DNA of 64,000 bases from an uncultured Actinomycetota bacterium (GTDB lineage Bacteria > Actinomycetota > Actinomycetes > Mycobacteriales > Mycobacteriaceae): positions 5,972 to 69,971 of the forward strand of contig CAWKJQ010000004.1 of the NCBI GenBank assembly GCA_963849935.1, read 5' to 3'. The first letter of the stretch is position 1. Each line of letters opens with the position of its first letter. Shown here in pieces: positions 42,316 through 53,026 of the stretch. Position numbers and translations under genes: made by a program. Below the pieces are notes generated by a model that saw only the letters and a program-made list of their open reading frames with translations, did no database searches and was not told the origin of the DNA.

Positions 42316-42435
42316 ACGTCATTACTCCTTACTGAGTGCGCAGCAAGGCGCACGGCCATTTTCTTCGGCTGTTTAACGCGTGCAGAATGAAAAGGAGTCC
42401 GGACTCCTGCGTAAATTTCTGCATGCAACCTTTTG

Positions 42436-42494
42436 ATCGTTTCACAGGCTCAACAGATGTCAATAGTGTGAGTTCGCTCGTGGGCTATCTCACT
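42436..42494 (-). promoter_or_regulatory. whiB1 promoter (-35 TTGACA, -10 AACGAT) with CRP site
   Basis: Minus strand AGTGAGATAGCCCACG (42479-42494) fits GTGA-N6-(T/C)CAC; TTGACA at 42458-42463. Confidence 0.75.
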
Positions 42495-42598
42495 TTGATC
42501 AACTCGTAGCCAAGCCCTTACTCCGTTGTACTACACTGCACGGGCCGCTCCCTGAATACTTCGCCCGGCTCGCGTCATCGTCGCGCGGTTGCCGCAGG

Positions 42599-43564
42599 TC
42601 AGCGCCGTTTTTGGTGCGGAGGTGCGACCACCGCCAGCGCGTCCGGGACCGCTTTGAACATCATCGTCTCGCGCACGCCGAGGTAATCGCCGTCGAACTG
42701 GCAGGCGACGGCGCCCGCGGTGGAGGTAACTCGCACGCATGGCAGGTCGTCTTCGGTGATGAGGTGCTTGAAGTTGAATGTGGGTCGTTTGGCGAACATC
42801 TGCCGCACGATTCGCAGGGTGGGGATCGGCTTCATCGTGGTGGGGGCGAACACACCCAGGCCCGACTCGAAGCTGCAGCCCGGATTGGTCCACACCGGCC
42901 GTTCGTTGGCGAAAGTCCACGGGCTGGAGTTCGACACGAAGGCGAAGCTGACGCCCGAAATCGGTTCGCGCCCAGGAAGTTCGAGCGTCAGCGCCGGTTC
43001 GCGCCGGGTGTAGGCCCAGACGGCTGGCACCGCCGCGCGAATGTAGCGCCACGCGGAAACCTTGCCGCCCTTGTCCCGTTCCGCCTCGACCGCGGCCACC
43101 ACCTCGGCGTCGACGCCCATGCCGGTGTTGAACACCGCCCAGCGCTCGCCGCAGTCGATCAGGCCGATCCGCCGCCACGTGGCGCGCCGCTGGTAATCGT
43201 CGAGCAACTGGATGAGCTGGTTGGTGGCCGCGACCGGGTCCGCGGAGATGCCCAGCGACCGCGCCAGCACATTGGCCGAACCGCCGGGAACCACCGCAAC
43301 CGCCGGTATCGGGCCACTCGGCAGCGGTCCCGGCCGGCCGAGCAGCCCGTTGACCACCCCGCTCACCGTGCCGTCGCCACCGTGCACGACCACCAGATCG
43401 ATACCGTCGGTCACGGCCTTCTGCGCGAGCTCGGTGCCGTGACCGCGATGATTGGTGTGCTCGACGCTGAGCTGCAGACGGCTTTTGAGCGCGTGGGCCA
43501 GCAGGTCGCGAGCGGCCGGAGTGGTGGAAGTGGCTGTGGGGTTGACGATCAGCACGGCCCGCAT
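42599..43564 (-). CDS. Diacylglycerol/lipid kinase family protein (Rv3218-like)
   Basis: IVNP, GGDGT, PGGSANVLAR, QFDGD. Confidence 0.92.
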   Translation of the reverse strand: MRAVLIVNPTATSTTPAARDLLAHALKSRLQLSVEHTNHRGHGTELAQKAVTDGIDLVVVHGGDGTVSGVVNGLLGRPGPLPSGPIPAVAVVPGGSANVLARSLGISADPVAATNQLIQLLDDYQRRATWRRIGLIDCGERWAVFNTGMGVDAEVVAAVEAERDKGGKVSAWRYIRAAVPAVWAYTRREPALTLELPGREPISGVSFAFVSNSSPWTFANERPVWTNPGCSFESGLGVFAPTTMKPIPTLRIVRQMFAKRPTFNFKHLITEDDLPCVRVTSTAGAVACQFDGDYLGVRETMMFKAVPDALAVVAPPHQKRR

Positions 43565-43639
43565 GAAGCACGAGCTTAGGCGGGCGGGTTAAGGCGCCGC
43601 TGTGGGGGAACCGCCGGCCGCCCTGACTACGCTGACGCT

Positions 43640-44071
43640 GTGACGCCGCCAGCCGCCCCGACCGCCGTTCGCCGCGCGGGCCTGATCGTCGTGTTGCAGG
43701 GGATTGCGGCGCTGATCGTGGCGGTGGTGCTGGTGGTCCGCGGGATTGCGGGAGCCGACCAGCAGGTGGTCAACGGCCTGGCGACCGCGGGCTGGTTCGT
43801 CCTGGTGGGTGCGGGGGTGATCGCGGCGGGGCGCGCGCTGATCCTCGGGAAGCGCTGGGGCCGCGGGCTGGCCGTGATCACCCAGCTGCTGTTGCTGCCG
43901 GTGGCGTGGTACCTCGCCGCAGGTTCACATCAGCCGGGGTTCGCGATCCCGGCTGGCGCGGTGGCGCTGCTGGTGCTGGGGCTGCTGTTCAGCCCCGCCG
44001 CGGTGCGCTGGGCCGCCGGCGATCAGGGCGATTCGGCCAGCCCCGCCAACGGTGCCCCCGACAGCCGGTAG
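43640..44071 (+). CDS. Integral membrane protein (Rv3217c-like)
   Basis: Four hydrophobic segments; synteny. Confidence 0.85.
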   Translation: MTPPAAPTAVRRAGLIVVLQGIAALIVAVVLVVRGIAGADQQVVNGLATAGWFVLVGAGVIAAGRALILGKRWGRGLAVITQLLLLPVAWYLAAGSHQPGFAIPAGAVALLVLGLLFSPAAVRWAAGDQGDSASPANGAPDSR

Positions 44072-44505
44072 GTCGTCCAGTCGTTTTGCGGCTGCCCGCC
44101 GATGCTGTCGTATAGCGCGATGGCGTCGACGTTCCAGTTCAGCACCGCCCAGGACAGCCGCGTGTAGCCCCGCTGCAGGCATTCCGACGCCAGCGTGGCA
44201 AGCAGCGCCCGGGCCAGCCCGCGCCGGCGAAACTCCGGCCGCACGAACAGGTCTTCCAGATAGATGCCCGCCACGCCGTCCCAGGTGGAGAAGTTGACGA
44301 ACCACAGTGCCATCGCCGCGATTTCGCCATCCACCTCGGCGACGTGCCCGTGCACCCGCGGTGGATCACCGAAAAGTGCTGCCGCGATTTGTGTTTCGGT
44401 CACGGTGCACTGATCGACGGCGTGCTCGAATTCGGCCAGCGCGTAGATCATTTCGGTGATCGCGCCGGCGTCTTGCTGCGACGCGCTACGAATGTGACGG
44501 CTCAT
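44023..44505 (-). CDS. GNAT acetyltransferase (Rv3216-like, SSAT-type)
   Basis: NFSTWDG, YLEDLFVRPEFRRRGLA, VLNWN. Confidence 0.92.
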   Translation of the reverse strand: MSRHIRSASQQDAGAITEMIYALAEFEHAVDQCTVTETQIAAALFGDPPRVHGHVAEVDGEIAAMALWFVNFSTWDGVAGIYLEDLFVRPEFRRRGLARALLATLASECLQRGYTRLSWAVLNWNVDAIALYDSIGGQPQNDWTTYRLSGAPLAGLAESP

Positions 44506-45599
44506 TACTCAACTCCAAGGCCGCTGAGGATCGTGCCGAATTTTGTTGTCGTCTCGGCGACTTCGTCGTCCGGGTCGGACTCGGCCACAATACCGCCGCC
44601 GGCGCGGGCCAGCGCGCTGCGCCGGTCCGCTGACAGCTGCGCGCAGCGCAGCGACACCACCCAGCGGCCGTCTCCGCGGTCGTCACACCAGCCCACCGTC
44701 CCGGCGTAGAACCCGCGGTCGCCCTCCAGTTCGGCGATCAGCTGCATCGCGGCCTTAGTTGGCACTCCGCCGACGGCCGGAGTGGGATGCAGTGCCAATG
44801 CTAAATCGATTGCCGTCGTGGATTTTTCGCGCAAACGACCGCTGATCGGCGTGCACAGATGCCAAACGGTCGTGGTGCTGCTCAGTTGCGGTTGGGGGGC
44901 GACAGACAACTCGTCACACAGCGGTCGCAGGGCGGCCCTGATGGTCTCGATGACCAGCTGATGTTCGTGGCGGTTTTTGGCCGAGGAGGCCAACATGGCG
45001 CCGTTCGCCGCGTCGGCGTCCGGGTCGGCGGCGCGCGGGGCCGAGCCGGCGAAGGGGCGGCACTCGACGAGGTCGCCGCGGCGCGACACCAGTAGCTCGG
45101 GGCTGGCGCCCACCAGGGCAGTGCCCGTGTACTCGTCGCCGGCGGCACTCAGGTCGACGAGGTAGCCGTAGGCCATCGGATCCGCGGCGATGAGCCGGCG
45201 CAGGATCACGAGCGCATCCAGCGGGGCGTCGGCGACCAGCCGCAGGGCGCGGGCCAACACCACCTTTTCCAGTGGATTGTCGAGCGCGGCGAGCTTCTCG
45301 CACGCCCGGCTGACCTGGTCCCGGTAGTCGGCCGGCGGCGGCACGGCTTCGGCTACCTGCACAGGCGGCAGGGCGGCGCACGGCCGGTCCGGCGGTCCGT
45401 CCGTGGTTTTCACCGTTTCCGGCGTCAGCAACGCTGCCGGCCGGGTGACATCGAAAGGCAACGCACCCAACACAATTCGTGCGTTCCCCGAGTGCAACGC
45501 GGCCTGCGCGGCGCCCACATCCGTGTAACGACGCCGCATACCTTCGGCAATCAGTGTTTGCGTCGGCCCGCACAGAGCGAACGGTGGTTCGCTGCTCAC
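44505..45599 (-). CDS. entC: Isochorismate synthase
   Basis: KVVLAR, GASPELL, KNRHEH, LHPTPAVGG, AGGGIVAESDP. Confidence 0.92.
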   Translation of the reverse strand: MSSEPPFALCGPTQTLIAEGMRRRYTDVGAAQAALHSGNARIVLGALPFDVTRPAALLTPETVKTTDGPPDRPCAALPPVQVAEAVPPPADYRDQVSRACEKLAALDNPLEKVVLARALRLVADAPLDALVILRRLIAADPMAYGYLVDLSAAGDEYTGTALVGASPELLVSRRGDLVECRPFAGSAPRAADPDADAANGAMLASSAKNRHEHQLVIETIRAALRPLCDELSVAPQPQLSSTTTVWHLCTPISGRLREKSTTAIDLALALHPTPAVGGVPTKAAMQLIAELEGDRGFYAGTVGWCDDRGDGRWVVSLRCAQLSADRRSALARAGGGIVAESDPDDEVAETTTKFGTILSGLGVE

Positions 45600-46186
45600 T
45601 GACCGGTCAATCCGAGCGCCCGCAATTGCCGCACGCCGTGTTCGAATCCGCAGACCGCGATCGACGCGGTGATCATGCCGAAGCGGCTGCCCTCGACCAG
45701 TGGCAGTTCGACCCAGCGCGTGATCACCGCACGGGAGAAGTGACCGTGGCTGACGAAGACCACGTCGCGCGATTCCATGTGCTCCAGCGCTGTCGCGACG
45801 GCGGCGTCGGCGCGCTCGCTGACCTGCGCGACGGTCTCACCGCCGGGGCAGCCGTGCGTCCACACCAGCCAATCGGGCACCTTCTCCTGGATCTGCTCCG
45901 TGGTCAGGCCCTCATAGGAGCCGTAATCCCATTCCGCCAGCAGCTCGGACTCCTCGTCGATGGAAAGCCCGGCCAACTGCGCGGTGGTCAGGGAGCGTTC
46001 CCGGGGGCTGCTGATCACCAGCGGGTCAACGAGTTCGAGTTCGCCGAGCACCCCACCGGCCAGCTTGGCCTGCGTTCGGCCCGCCTCGGTCAGCTCGACC
46101 TCGGTGCGGCCCGTGTGCTGGCCCGATTTCGACCACTCGGTTTCGCCGTGGCGCAGCAGCACCAGACGGTGATTGTGCAAGCCCAT
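45596..46186 (-). CDS. gpm2: Histidine phosphatase / fructose-1,6-bisphosphatase (Rv3214-like)
   Basis: LLRHGETEWS, EWDYGSYEG, SHGHFSR. Confidence 0.92.
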   Translation of the reverse strand: MGLHNHRLVLLRHGETEWSKSGQHTGRTEVELTEAGRTQAKLAGGVLGELELVDPLVISSPRERSLTTAQLAGLSIDEESELLAEWDYGSYEGLTTEQIQEKVPDWLVWTHGCPGGETVAQVSERADAAVATALEHMESRDVVFVSHGHFSRAVITRWVELPLVEGSRFGMITASIAVCGFEHGVRQLRALGLTGQ

Positions 46187-46317
46187 ACCGGATGATTCTG
46201 CCGGACGACTCGCGGTGGTTGCTCAGGCCGAAGCGCACGGCGGGCGAACATGCCAGGATGGCACTGTAAACCGCACGCGACGATGCAGTGGGAGACAGCG
46301 ATGAGGTGGCGGCGCCG

Positions 46318-47118
46318 GTGAGTGAAATGCGGATATTGGCGGTGGCCAACCAGAAGGGTGGCGTCGCTAAGACGACCACAGTCGCGTCGCTGGGTGCGGC
46401 GATGGTGGACGAGAAGAAGCGGGTGCTGCTGGTCGACCTCGATCCGCAGGGCTGCTTGACCTTCTCGCTGGGCCAAGACCCCGACAAGCTGCCGGTGTCC
46501 GTGCACGAGGTGCTGCTGGGCGAAGTCGAGCCCAACGCCGCGCTGGTCGAGACGGCGGAGGGAATGACGCTGATGCCGGCCAACATTGACCTGGCCGGCG
46601 CCGAAGCGATGCTGCTGATGCGGGCCGGCCGCGAATACGCGCTCAAACGCGCGCTGGCCAAATTGAACGACGACTTCGACGTGGTGATCATCGACTGCCC
46701 GCCGTCCTTGGGTGTGCTCACCCTGAACGGGCTGACGGCCGCCGACGAGGTCATCGTGCCGCTGCAGTGCGAGACCCTCGCGCACCGCGGGGTCGGCCAG
46801 TTCCTGCGCACCGTCTCCGACGTCCAGCAGATCACCAACCCGGAGCTGCGACTGCTCGGCGCCCTGCCGACGCTGTACGACTCGCGCACCACCCACACCC
46901 GCGACGTCCTGGCCGACGTCGCCGACCGCTACAGCCTGCCGGTGCTGGCCCCGCCGATTCCGCGGACCGTACGGTTCGCCGAGGCCAGCGCCTCGGGCTC
47001 GTCCGTGATGGCGGCTCGCAAGAACAAGGGCGCCGTGGCCTACGAGGAGCTGGCGGCGGCGTTGCTCAAGCACTGGAAGAGCGGCAAGCCGCTGCCGACG
47101 TTCAGCGTCGAGGTCTAG
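46318..47118 (+). CDS. ParA/Soj-family ATPase (Rv3213c-like)
   Basis: NQKGGVAKTT, DLDPQG, IDCPPSLG. Confidence 0.93.
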   Translation: MSEMRILAVANQKGGVAKTTTVASLGAAMVDEKKRVLLVDLDPQGCLTFSLGQDPDKLPVSVHEVLLGEVEPNAALVETAEGMTLMPANIDLAGAEAMLLMRAGREYALKRALAKLNDDFDVVIIDCPPSLGVLTLNGLTAADEVIVPLQCETLAHRGVGQFLRTVSDVQQITNPELRLLGALPTLYDSRTTHTRDVLADVADRYSLPVLAPPIPRTVRFAEASASGSSVMAARKNKGAVAYEELAAALLKHWKSGKPLPTFSVEV

Positions 47119-47163
47119 CGACGATCGCAAGCGTGGCGTCAGCCGGGCGCAGCGGGTCGTCGT
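47119..47163 (-). repeat. Dispersed ~45-50 bp MIRU-like repeat, copy 1
   Basis: Reverse complement CGACCCGCTGCGCCCGGCTGACGCCACGCTTGCGATCG matches the copies at 55342 and 56281. Confidence 0.75.
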
Positions 47164-47181
47164 CGTCGAGGTAGCGAGCCG

Positions 47182-48405
47182 TCAGCCCAGCGCCACCAGG
47201 GTGTCACCGCGCTGCTCGAGCACCCTAGACCCGATCACGGCCGGGAACACCGGTCTCCCGTCCGGCGGGGCACTGGTCGATCGGTCCACCGGAATAGCGC
47301 GTTCGTTGGCGCCGCTGAGCGGGTCGTAGACGCCGATCGCGCCGGTGAGAGGCACCAGCAGCCGGCCCGCCATCATCACCCCGGGCCCCAACGGCGTCTT
47401 GTCGCCCGCGGCGATGGTGTAGCGCAGCGCCACCGTGTTCGCGTCGAAGACCATCAGCGAATCGCCGGTCCACCAGGTGATCAGGCTGCCAGGGTGGGAG
47501 ACGGCCGCCGAGCGCGATGGCGGCTTGGGCAGCGGATTGCTCGACACGGTGGCGCCGGTTTCGTCGATCACGTCGACTCGGGGCTGCGGCGCGGGCAGGT
47601 ATACCGCGGTGGTGTTCTCGGCGACGGCCAGCACGCGGGCGCCGGAACCCGGCGCGATCCCCGGTTCGGCCACGATGTGTTGCTGCGGTTCGTCGTCGTC
47701 CTTGCCGGGACGCAGCAACACCAACCGCAGGTCGGCCTGGTTCGCGCAACTCTCCAGCACCGATACGGCCTGCGAGCTGGCCGCGGCGGAGACCAGCTTG
47801 CATCCGGAGTGTAGTCCGCGCGTCGACGGTTTCACCCGGGCGTCGGTCTCGCCATAGGCCAGCATCCGGACCATGTCCGAGCGCCACAGTTCGAGCCGGG
47901 TGTCGCCGACCGATAACACCGTCATGCCGTCGGAGGTGAGCCGTACCCGCGGATCGGCGTAGCCGCTGCGGGCCGGCCCCCGGCGGCCGGTGGAGCCGTC
48001 CAGGGTGCTCACCTGCCCGCAGCCGCGGTCGTCTCGGTAGACCGCGACGGCGTAGCGGTACAACCAGGTGACTCCGCACAGGTCGGAGTCGCGCTCGTAG
48101 CTCCAGCGGGACAAGCCCGTCTCGGGATCGCGGCCGTCGATGCGGCGGCCCGCACCGCTGACGACCTCGCCGCCGGCCACCACTGGGGCGGTGGTGGCCG
48201 GACTTGCGGCGCTCCACAGCTGTTTCAGGCCGGCAGGCACCTGCCGGGCCGGCGTCGGGTTGGGTGCCGGGACGGCCGCGGGCCGGCTGGTGGTGGCCCT
48301 GGCGTCGCTGGTCCACCAGATCAACGCCGCGACCGCGGCGACGACGATCACGATGGCCGCGGCGGCGAGGAGGTCGCCCTTGGTCCGGCGCTCGGGTCTG
48401 ACCAT
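47182..48405 (-). CDS. Rv3212-like membrane-anchored protein
   Basis: MVRPERRT, N-terminal TM helix, beta-propeller-like body; synteny. Confidence 0.88.
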   Translation of the reverse strand: MVRPERRTKGDLLAAAAIVIVVAAVAALIWWTSDARATTSRPAAVPAPNPTPARQVPAGLKQLWSAASPATTAPVVAGGEVVSGAGRRIDGRDPETGLSRWSYERDSDLCGVTWLYRYAVAVYRDDRGCGQVSTLDGSTGRRGPARSGYADPRVRLTSDGMTVLSVGDTRLELWRSDMVRMLAYGETDARVKPSTRGLHSGCKLVSAAASSQAVSVLESCANQADLRLVLLRPGKDDDEPQQHIVAEPGIAPGSGARVLAVAENTTAVYLPAPQPRVDVIDETGATVSSNPLPKPPSRSAAVSHPGSLITWWTGDSLMVFDANTVALRYTIAAGDKTPLGPGVMMAGRLLVPLTGAIGVYDPLSGANERAIPVDRSTSAPPDGRPVFPAVIGSRVLEQRGDTLVALG

Positions 48406-48421
48406 GCGTCGGCGCGGGCTG

Positions 48422-49960
48422 TTAGTTGCTCTGCGTAGTGGCGGCCGCCGTGGCGGCTTGCCCTTCGGCGGGCTTGCGGCGCCGGCGACGACGCCGGGTG
48501 GAACCGGCGTTGCCCGGGGGCGAGCCGGCCGGTGTTTCCGCGGCGGCTTCGCCGTTGGTGCCTGCGTCGCCGTTGCCCGAGGGATGCCCGGTGACGGGCT
48601 GGCCGCCACGGGTGCGCCGGCGCCGGGCACCGGAGCCGCGCGCCGGCTTTTCCGACTTCTGCTCCGGCTTCTTGCCATCGCGTTCGCCGGTGCGGCGCTG
48701 GCCTTGCTGCTTGCGGGCCGCGCCCACCGTGCCGCCGGCCTCGGCGGGGATGCCCAGCTCCTCCTGGAGATGCGGGGAGTTGGAGTAGGTCTCGGCGGGC
48801 TCGGGGCAGTCCAGGCCCAGCGCCTTGTCGATCAGCGCCCAGCGGGGCAGCTCGTCCCAGTCCACCAGGGTGACCGCGATACCGGTCTTACCGGCACGGC
48901 CGGTGCGGCCGATGCGGTGCACGTAGGCCTGCTCGTCCTCGGGGATCTGGTAGTTGATGACGTGGGTGATGTCATCGATGTCGATGCCGCGGGCGGCCAC
49001 GTCGGTGGCGACCAGCACGTCGACGTCACCGGTGCGAAAGGCCTTGAGCGCCTTCTCGCGCGCCGCTTGTCCGAGGTCGCCGTGCACGGCGCCCACCGCG
49101 AAACCACGCTCGGCCAGCTCGTCGGCCACCTTCTGCGCGGTGCGCTTGGTGCGGGTGAAGATCATCGTGGCGCCGCGGCCCCGGGCCTGCAGCACGCGGC
49201 TGACGAGCTCCACCTTGTCGAGGGCGTGGGCCCGGTAGACGTATTGGACGGTCGTGTCGTGGATGGCCGCCGAATGCGGCGCTTCCGCCCGGATGTGGGT
49301 GGGCTGATTCATGAAGGTACGGGCCAGCGTGATGATCGGGTCCGGCATGGTCGCCGAGAACAGCATGGACTGCCGGTCGGTCGGGATCTGGCGCAAGATG
49401 CGCTCGATGTCGGGCAGGAAGCCCAGGTCAAGCATCTCGTCGGCCTCGTCGAGCACCAGCACCGAGAGCCCGCCCAGTTGCAGGTGGTTCTGTTGGCTCA
49501 GGTCGAGCAGCCGGCCCGGCGTGCCCACCACGACGTCGGCGCCGGCACGCAGCGCCTCGATCTGCGGCTCGTAGGGGCGCCCGCCGTAGATGGGTACCAC
49601 CGACAGCGGCCGGCCGTCGTCGGCGGTGAGATGCTTGGCCGCCAGCGTGAGGTCGCCGGTGACCTGCAGGCACAGTTCGCGGGTGGGCACCACGATCAGG
49701 GCCCGCGGTGTGCCGTTGAGCGGCCGCGCCGCGTTGTCGGCGGTAATGCGCTGCAGCAGCGGCACCCCGAAGGCGAAGGTCTTGCCCATGCCGGTGCGCG
49801 CCTGGCCGATGAGGTCGTCGCCGGCGAGCGCCATCGGCAGGGTGAGTTCCTGGATGGCAAAGGGGCTTTCAATCCCCTTTTCGGCGAGCGCGCGCACGAT
49901 TTCGTCGCGGACGCCGAGTTGAGCAAAGGTCAGTTCAGTTGTGCTTGTCAGTGCGGTCAT
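48422..49960 (-). CDS. rhlE: DEAD-box RNA helicase RhlE (Rv3211-like)
   Basis: Q motif, ARTGMGKT, PTREL, DEAD, SAT, ARGID, HRIGRTGR; basic C-terminal tail. Confidence 0.95.
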   Translation of the reverse strand: MTALTSTTELTFAQLGVRDEIVRALAEKGIESPFAIQELTLPMALAGDDLIGQARTGMGKTFAFGVPLLQRITADNAARPLNGTPRALIVVPTRELCLQVTGDLTLAAKHLTADDGRPLSVVPIYGGRPYEPQIEALRAGADVVVGTPGRLLDLSQQNHLQLGGLSVLVLDEADEMLDLGFLPDIERILRQIPTDRQSMLFSATMPDPIITLARTFMNQPTHIRAEAPHSAAIHDTTVQYVYRAHALDKVELVSRVLQARGRGATMIFTRTKRTAQKVADELAERGFAVGAVHGDLGQAAREKALKAFRTGDVDVLVATDVAARGIDIDDITHVINYQIPEDEQAYVHRIGRTGRAGKTGIAVTLVDWDELPRWALIDKALGLDCPEPAETYSNSPHLQEELGIPAEAGGTVGAARKQQGQRRTGERDGKKPEQKSEKPARGSGARRRRTRGGQPVTGHPSGNGDAGTNGEAAAETPAGSPPGNAGSTRRRRRRRKPAEGQAATAAATTQSN

Positions 49961-50242
49961 GCGTGGGTAAGTAGCCTCTCGGTGACATATCGGTTTGTGT
50001 CGGTATTTCTCTGTCGCGGTCACGCGCGCACGAGTTCCGACTCCGAATACGTCGCCGAGTCGCCGGCCCTGGCTCAGTCTGGGAGGGCCCAAAGGGGGCG
50101 GGCCAGCTGTGCACGCACATTTCGCCGATAGCGGCTTGGGAAAAAACAGTTACGGCATGAATACAGCCGCCATCGACCTCCATGATAGCTGGTCGATAGC
50201 TGGCTCCCATTTTGCGCTAAGTCAGCCGACTACAGTGTTGCC

Positions 50243-50950
50243 ATGACCCGGCCCTCCTGTCAGCCCGCCGCCGCCGACCAAAGCGACGATTCGCCCGCCC
50301 CGCGGCTGACGGCTGATCACCCGGGTGTCAACGAGCTGTTCGCGGTCCTGGCCTACGGCGAGATCGCCGCGTTCTACCGGCTCACCGACGAGGCGCGGAT
50401 GGCCCCTGACCTGCGCGGACGGATTTCCATGGCGAGCATGGCCGCCGCCGAGATGCAGCACTACGAGCAGCTGCGCGACGCGCTGGAAAGCCGCGGTGTC
50501 GACGTGGTGTCGGCGATGTCGAAGTATGTCTCGGCGCTGGAGAACTACCACCGGCTGACGATGCCCAGCACATGGCTGGAGGCCCTGGTGAAGACCTACG
50601 TGGGCGACGCGCTGGCGGCCGATCTGTACTTGGAGATCGCCGACGGTCTGCCCGACGAGGTGGCAGACGTGGTGCGTGCGGCGCTGTCGGAGACCGGGCA
50701 CTCGCAGTTCGTCGTCGCCGAGGTGCGCTCCGCCGTGACCGCGAGCGGCAAGCAGCGCAGCCGGCTGGCGCTGTGGTCACGTCGGCTGTTCGGCGAAGCG
50801 ATCACTCAGGCCCAGTATCTGCTGGCCGACCACGACGAGCTGGTCGACCTGGTGATGTCCGGCGCCGGCGGGCTGGGCCAGCTCAACGCGTTCTTCGACC
50901 GGCTGCAGCAGACGCACGACCGCCGCATGAACGAACTCGGCCTCAGCTGA
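50243..50950 (+). CDS. Ferritin-like MiaE_2-family protein (Rv3210c-like)
   Basis: LAYGE, AEMQH, TWLEALVK; TACAGT -10 6 nt before ATG. Confidence 0.9.
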   Translation: MTRPSCQPAAADQSDDSPAPRLTADHPGVNELFAVLAYGEIAAFYRLTDEARMAPDLRGRISMASMAAAEMQHYEQLRDALESRGVDVVSAMSKYVSALENYHRLTMPSTWLEALVKTYVGDALAADLYLEIADGLPDEVADVVRAALSETGHSQFVVAEVRSAVTASGKQRSRLALWSRRLFGEAITQAQYLLADHDELVDLVMSGAGGLGQLNAFFDRLQQTHDRRMNELGLS

Positions 50951-50953
50951 GGC

Positions 50954-51670
50954 TCATCCCGCGCAGGTCGCCATGTTCGAAACGTTGGACGCGATGATCC
51001 GCTGACCGGCGGCGTTGAAGACCGAGCAGCTGAGGCGACCGTAGAAGCTGGTCGCCACCACCGATTCGGTCTGTACGCCCGGGTTGAGCACCACCACCTT
51101 CGACCACGGCAACGACACGTTGAACTCGGTCTGGGGCACGCCCTGCGCGTCGGTGTAGACGATGTTCACCAGATCCAGCAGCTGCTTGGATCCGTTCACG
51201 CTGTAGACGATGGTGCGCGGGTTCAGCGCGGCCGTCGGCGGGGCCGCCGCGAGCGGCGGCGCGACGGTGGGCGCAGCCGCCGCCGGCGGTGCGATGGGCG
51301 CGGCGCTGGGCGTGGTGACCGTCGTGAAGGTTTCGGCTGGCAATCGGGAGGGCCCGGGGGCTGCGCTGGGCGGCACGGACGCTTTGGTGGTCGCAGGCGC
51401 CGAGGTCACCGGGTGGGGAGCCGGCGCACCCAGCGTGGCCTTGGTCGATGCGCTGTCGCCGCTGTTGATGATGACGGCGGTGGCGATGGCGCCCAGAGCC
51501 ACGACCGCACCCATGATCGCGGTGGCGGGACGCCAGCGCGAGTCGGCCGGCCAGCCCGTCCAGTTGGAGTCGGCGTGCAGGTAGGGATCGGTATCGCAGG
51601 CGTCGTCAACGTCGTCGTCGTCGGGGTAAGCCCGGATCCTTTCGTCAAGGTGCGACAGTGTGGTAGCCAT
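50954..51670 (-). CDS. Pro/Thr-rich MmpS-family membrane protein (Rv3209-like)
   Basis: TM helix, P/A/T linker, C-terminal IVYSVNG...SLPWS...SC...ATC. Confidence 0.85.
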   Translation of the reverse strand: MATTLSHLDERIRAYPDDDDVDDACDTDPYLHADSNWTGWPADSRWRPATAIMGAVVALGAIATAVIINSGDSASTKATLGAPAPHPVTSAPATTKASVPPSAAPGPSRLPAETFTTVTTPSAAPIAPPAAAAPTVAPPLAAAPPTAALNPRTIVYSVNGSKQLLDLVNIVYTDAQGVPQTEFNVSLPWSKVVVLNPGVQTESVVATSFYGRLSCSVFNAAGQRIIASNVSNMATCAG

Positions 51671-51887
51671 GGTGCCGAAGTTAGCGATGTGAAAACACGG
51701 ATCGGGTATCGCGCGGGTGCGGGAGACAACCTGCAAGCGAATCGTTATCTGGTCGCGACCGGACTTCCGCTGACCGCGAAGTGTGGGACGCGAGGACGCG
51801 GGGGTCCGCCGCGTCCACTAGCCTGCTGCTGACGGGCCGGGACGTCACCACCCGCGGAAGACGGCAAGACCCATGGAAGGGGTGACC

Positions 51888-52843
<956 letters not shown>

Positions 52844-53026
52844 TTATCGGCGGCCGGCCGTCGGTGAACCGGGGCCGGCCGCTCGCAGCCCGTGGCAAAG
52901 ACCTTACTACCCGTCCGGTCGATGCGACGGTGATCGCAGTCGTCGCCGCAGGCAGAAGCGGTGTCGGACGGTGGATTCGGGCGCGCCACGGGCGGCGGCG
53001 GTGCAAGGCTGTGTAATCCTGGGGAA

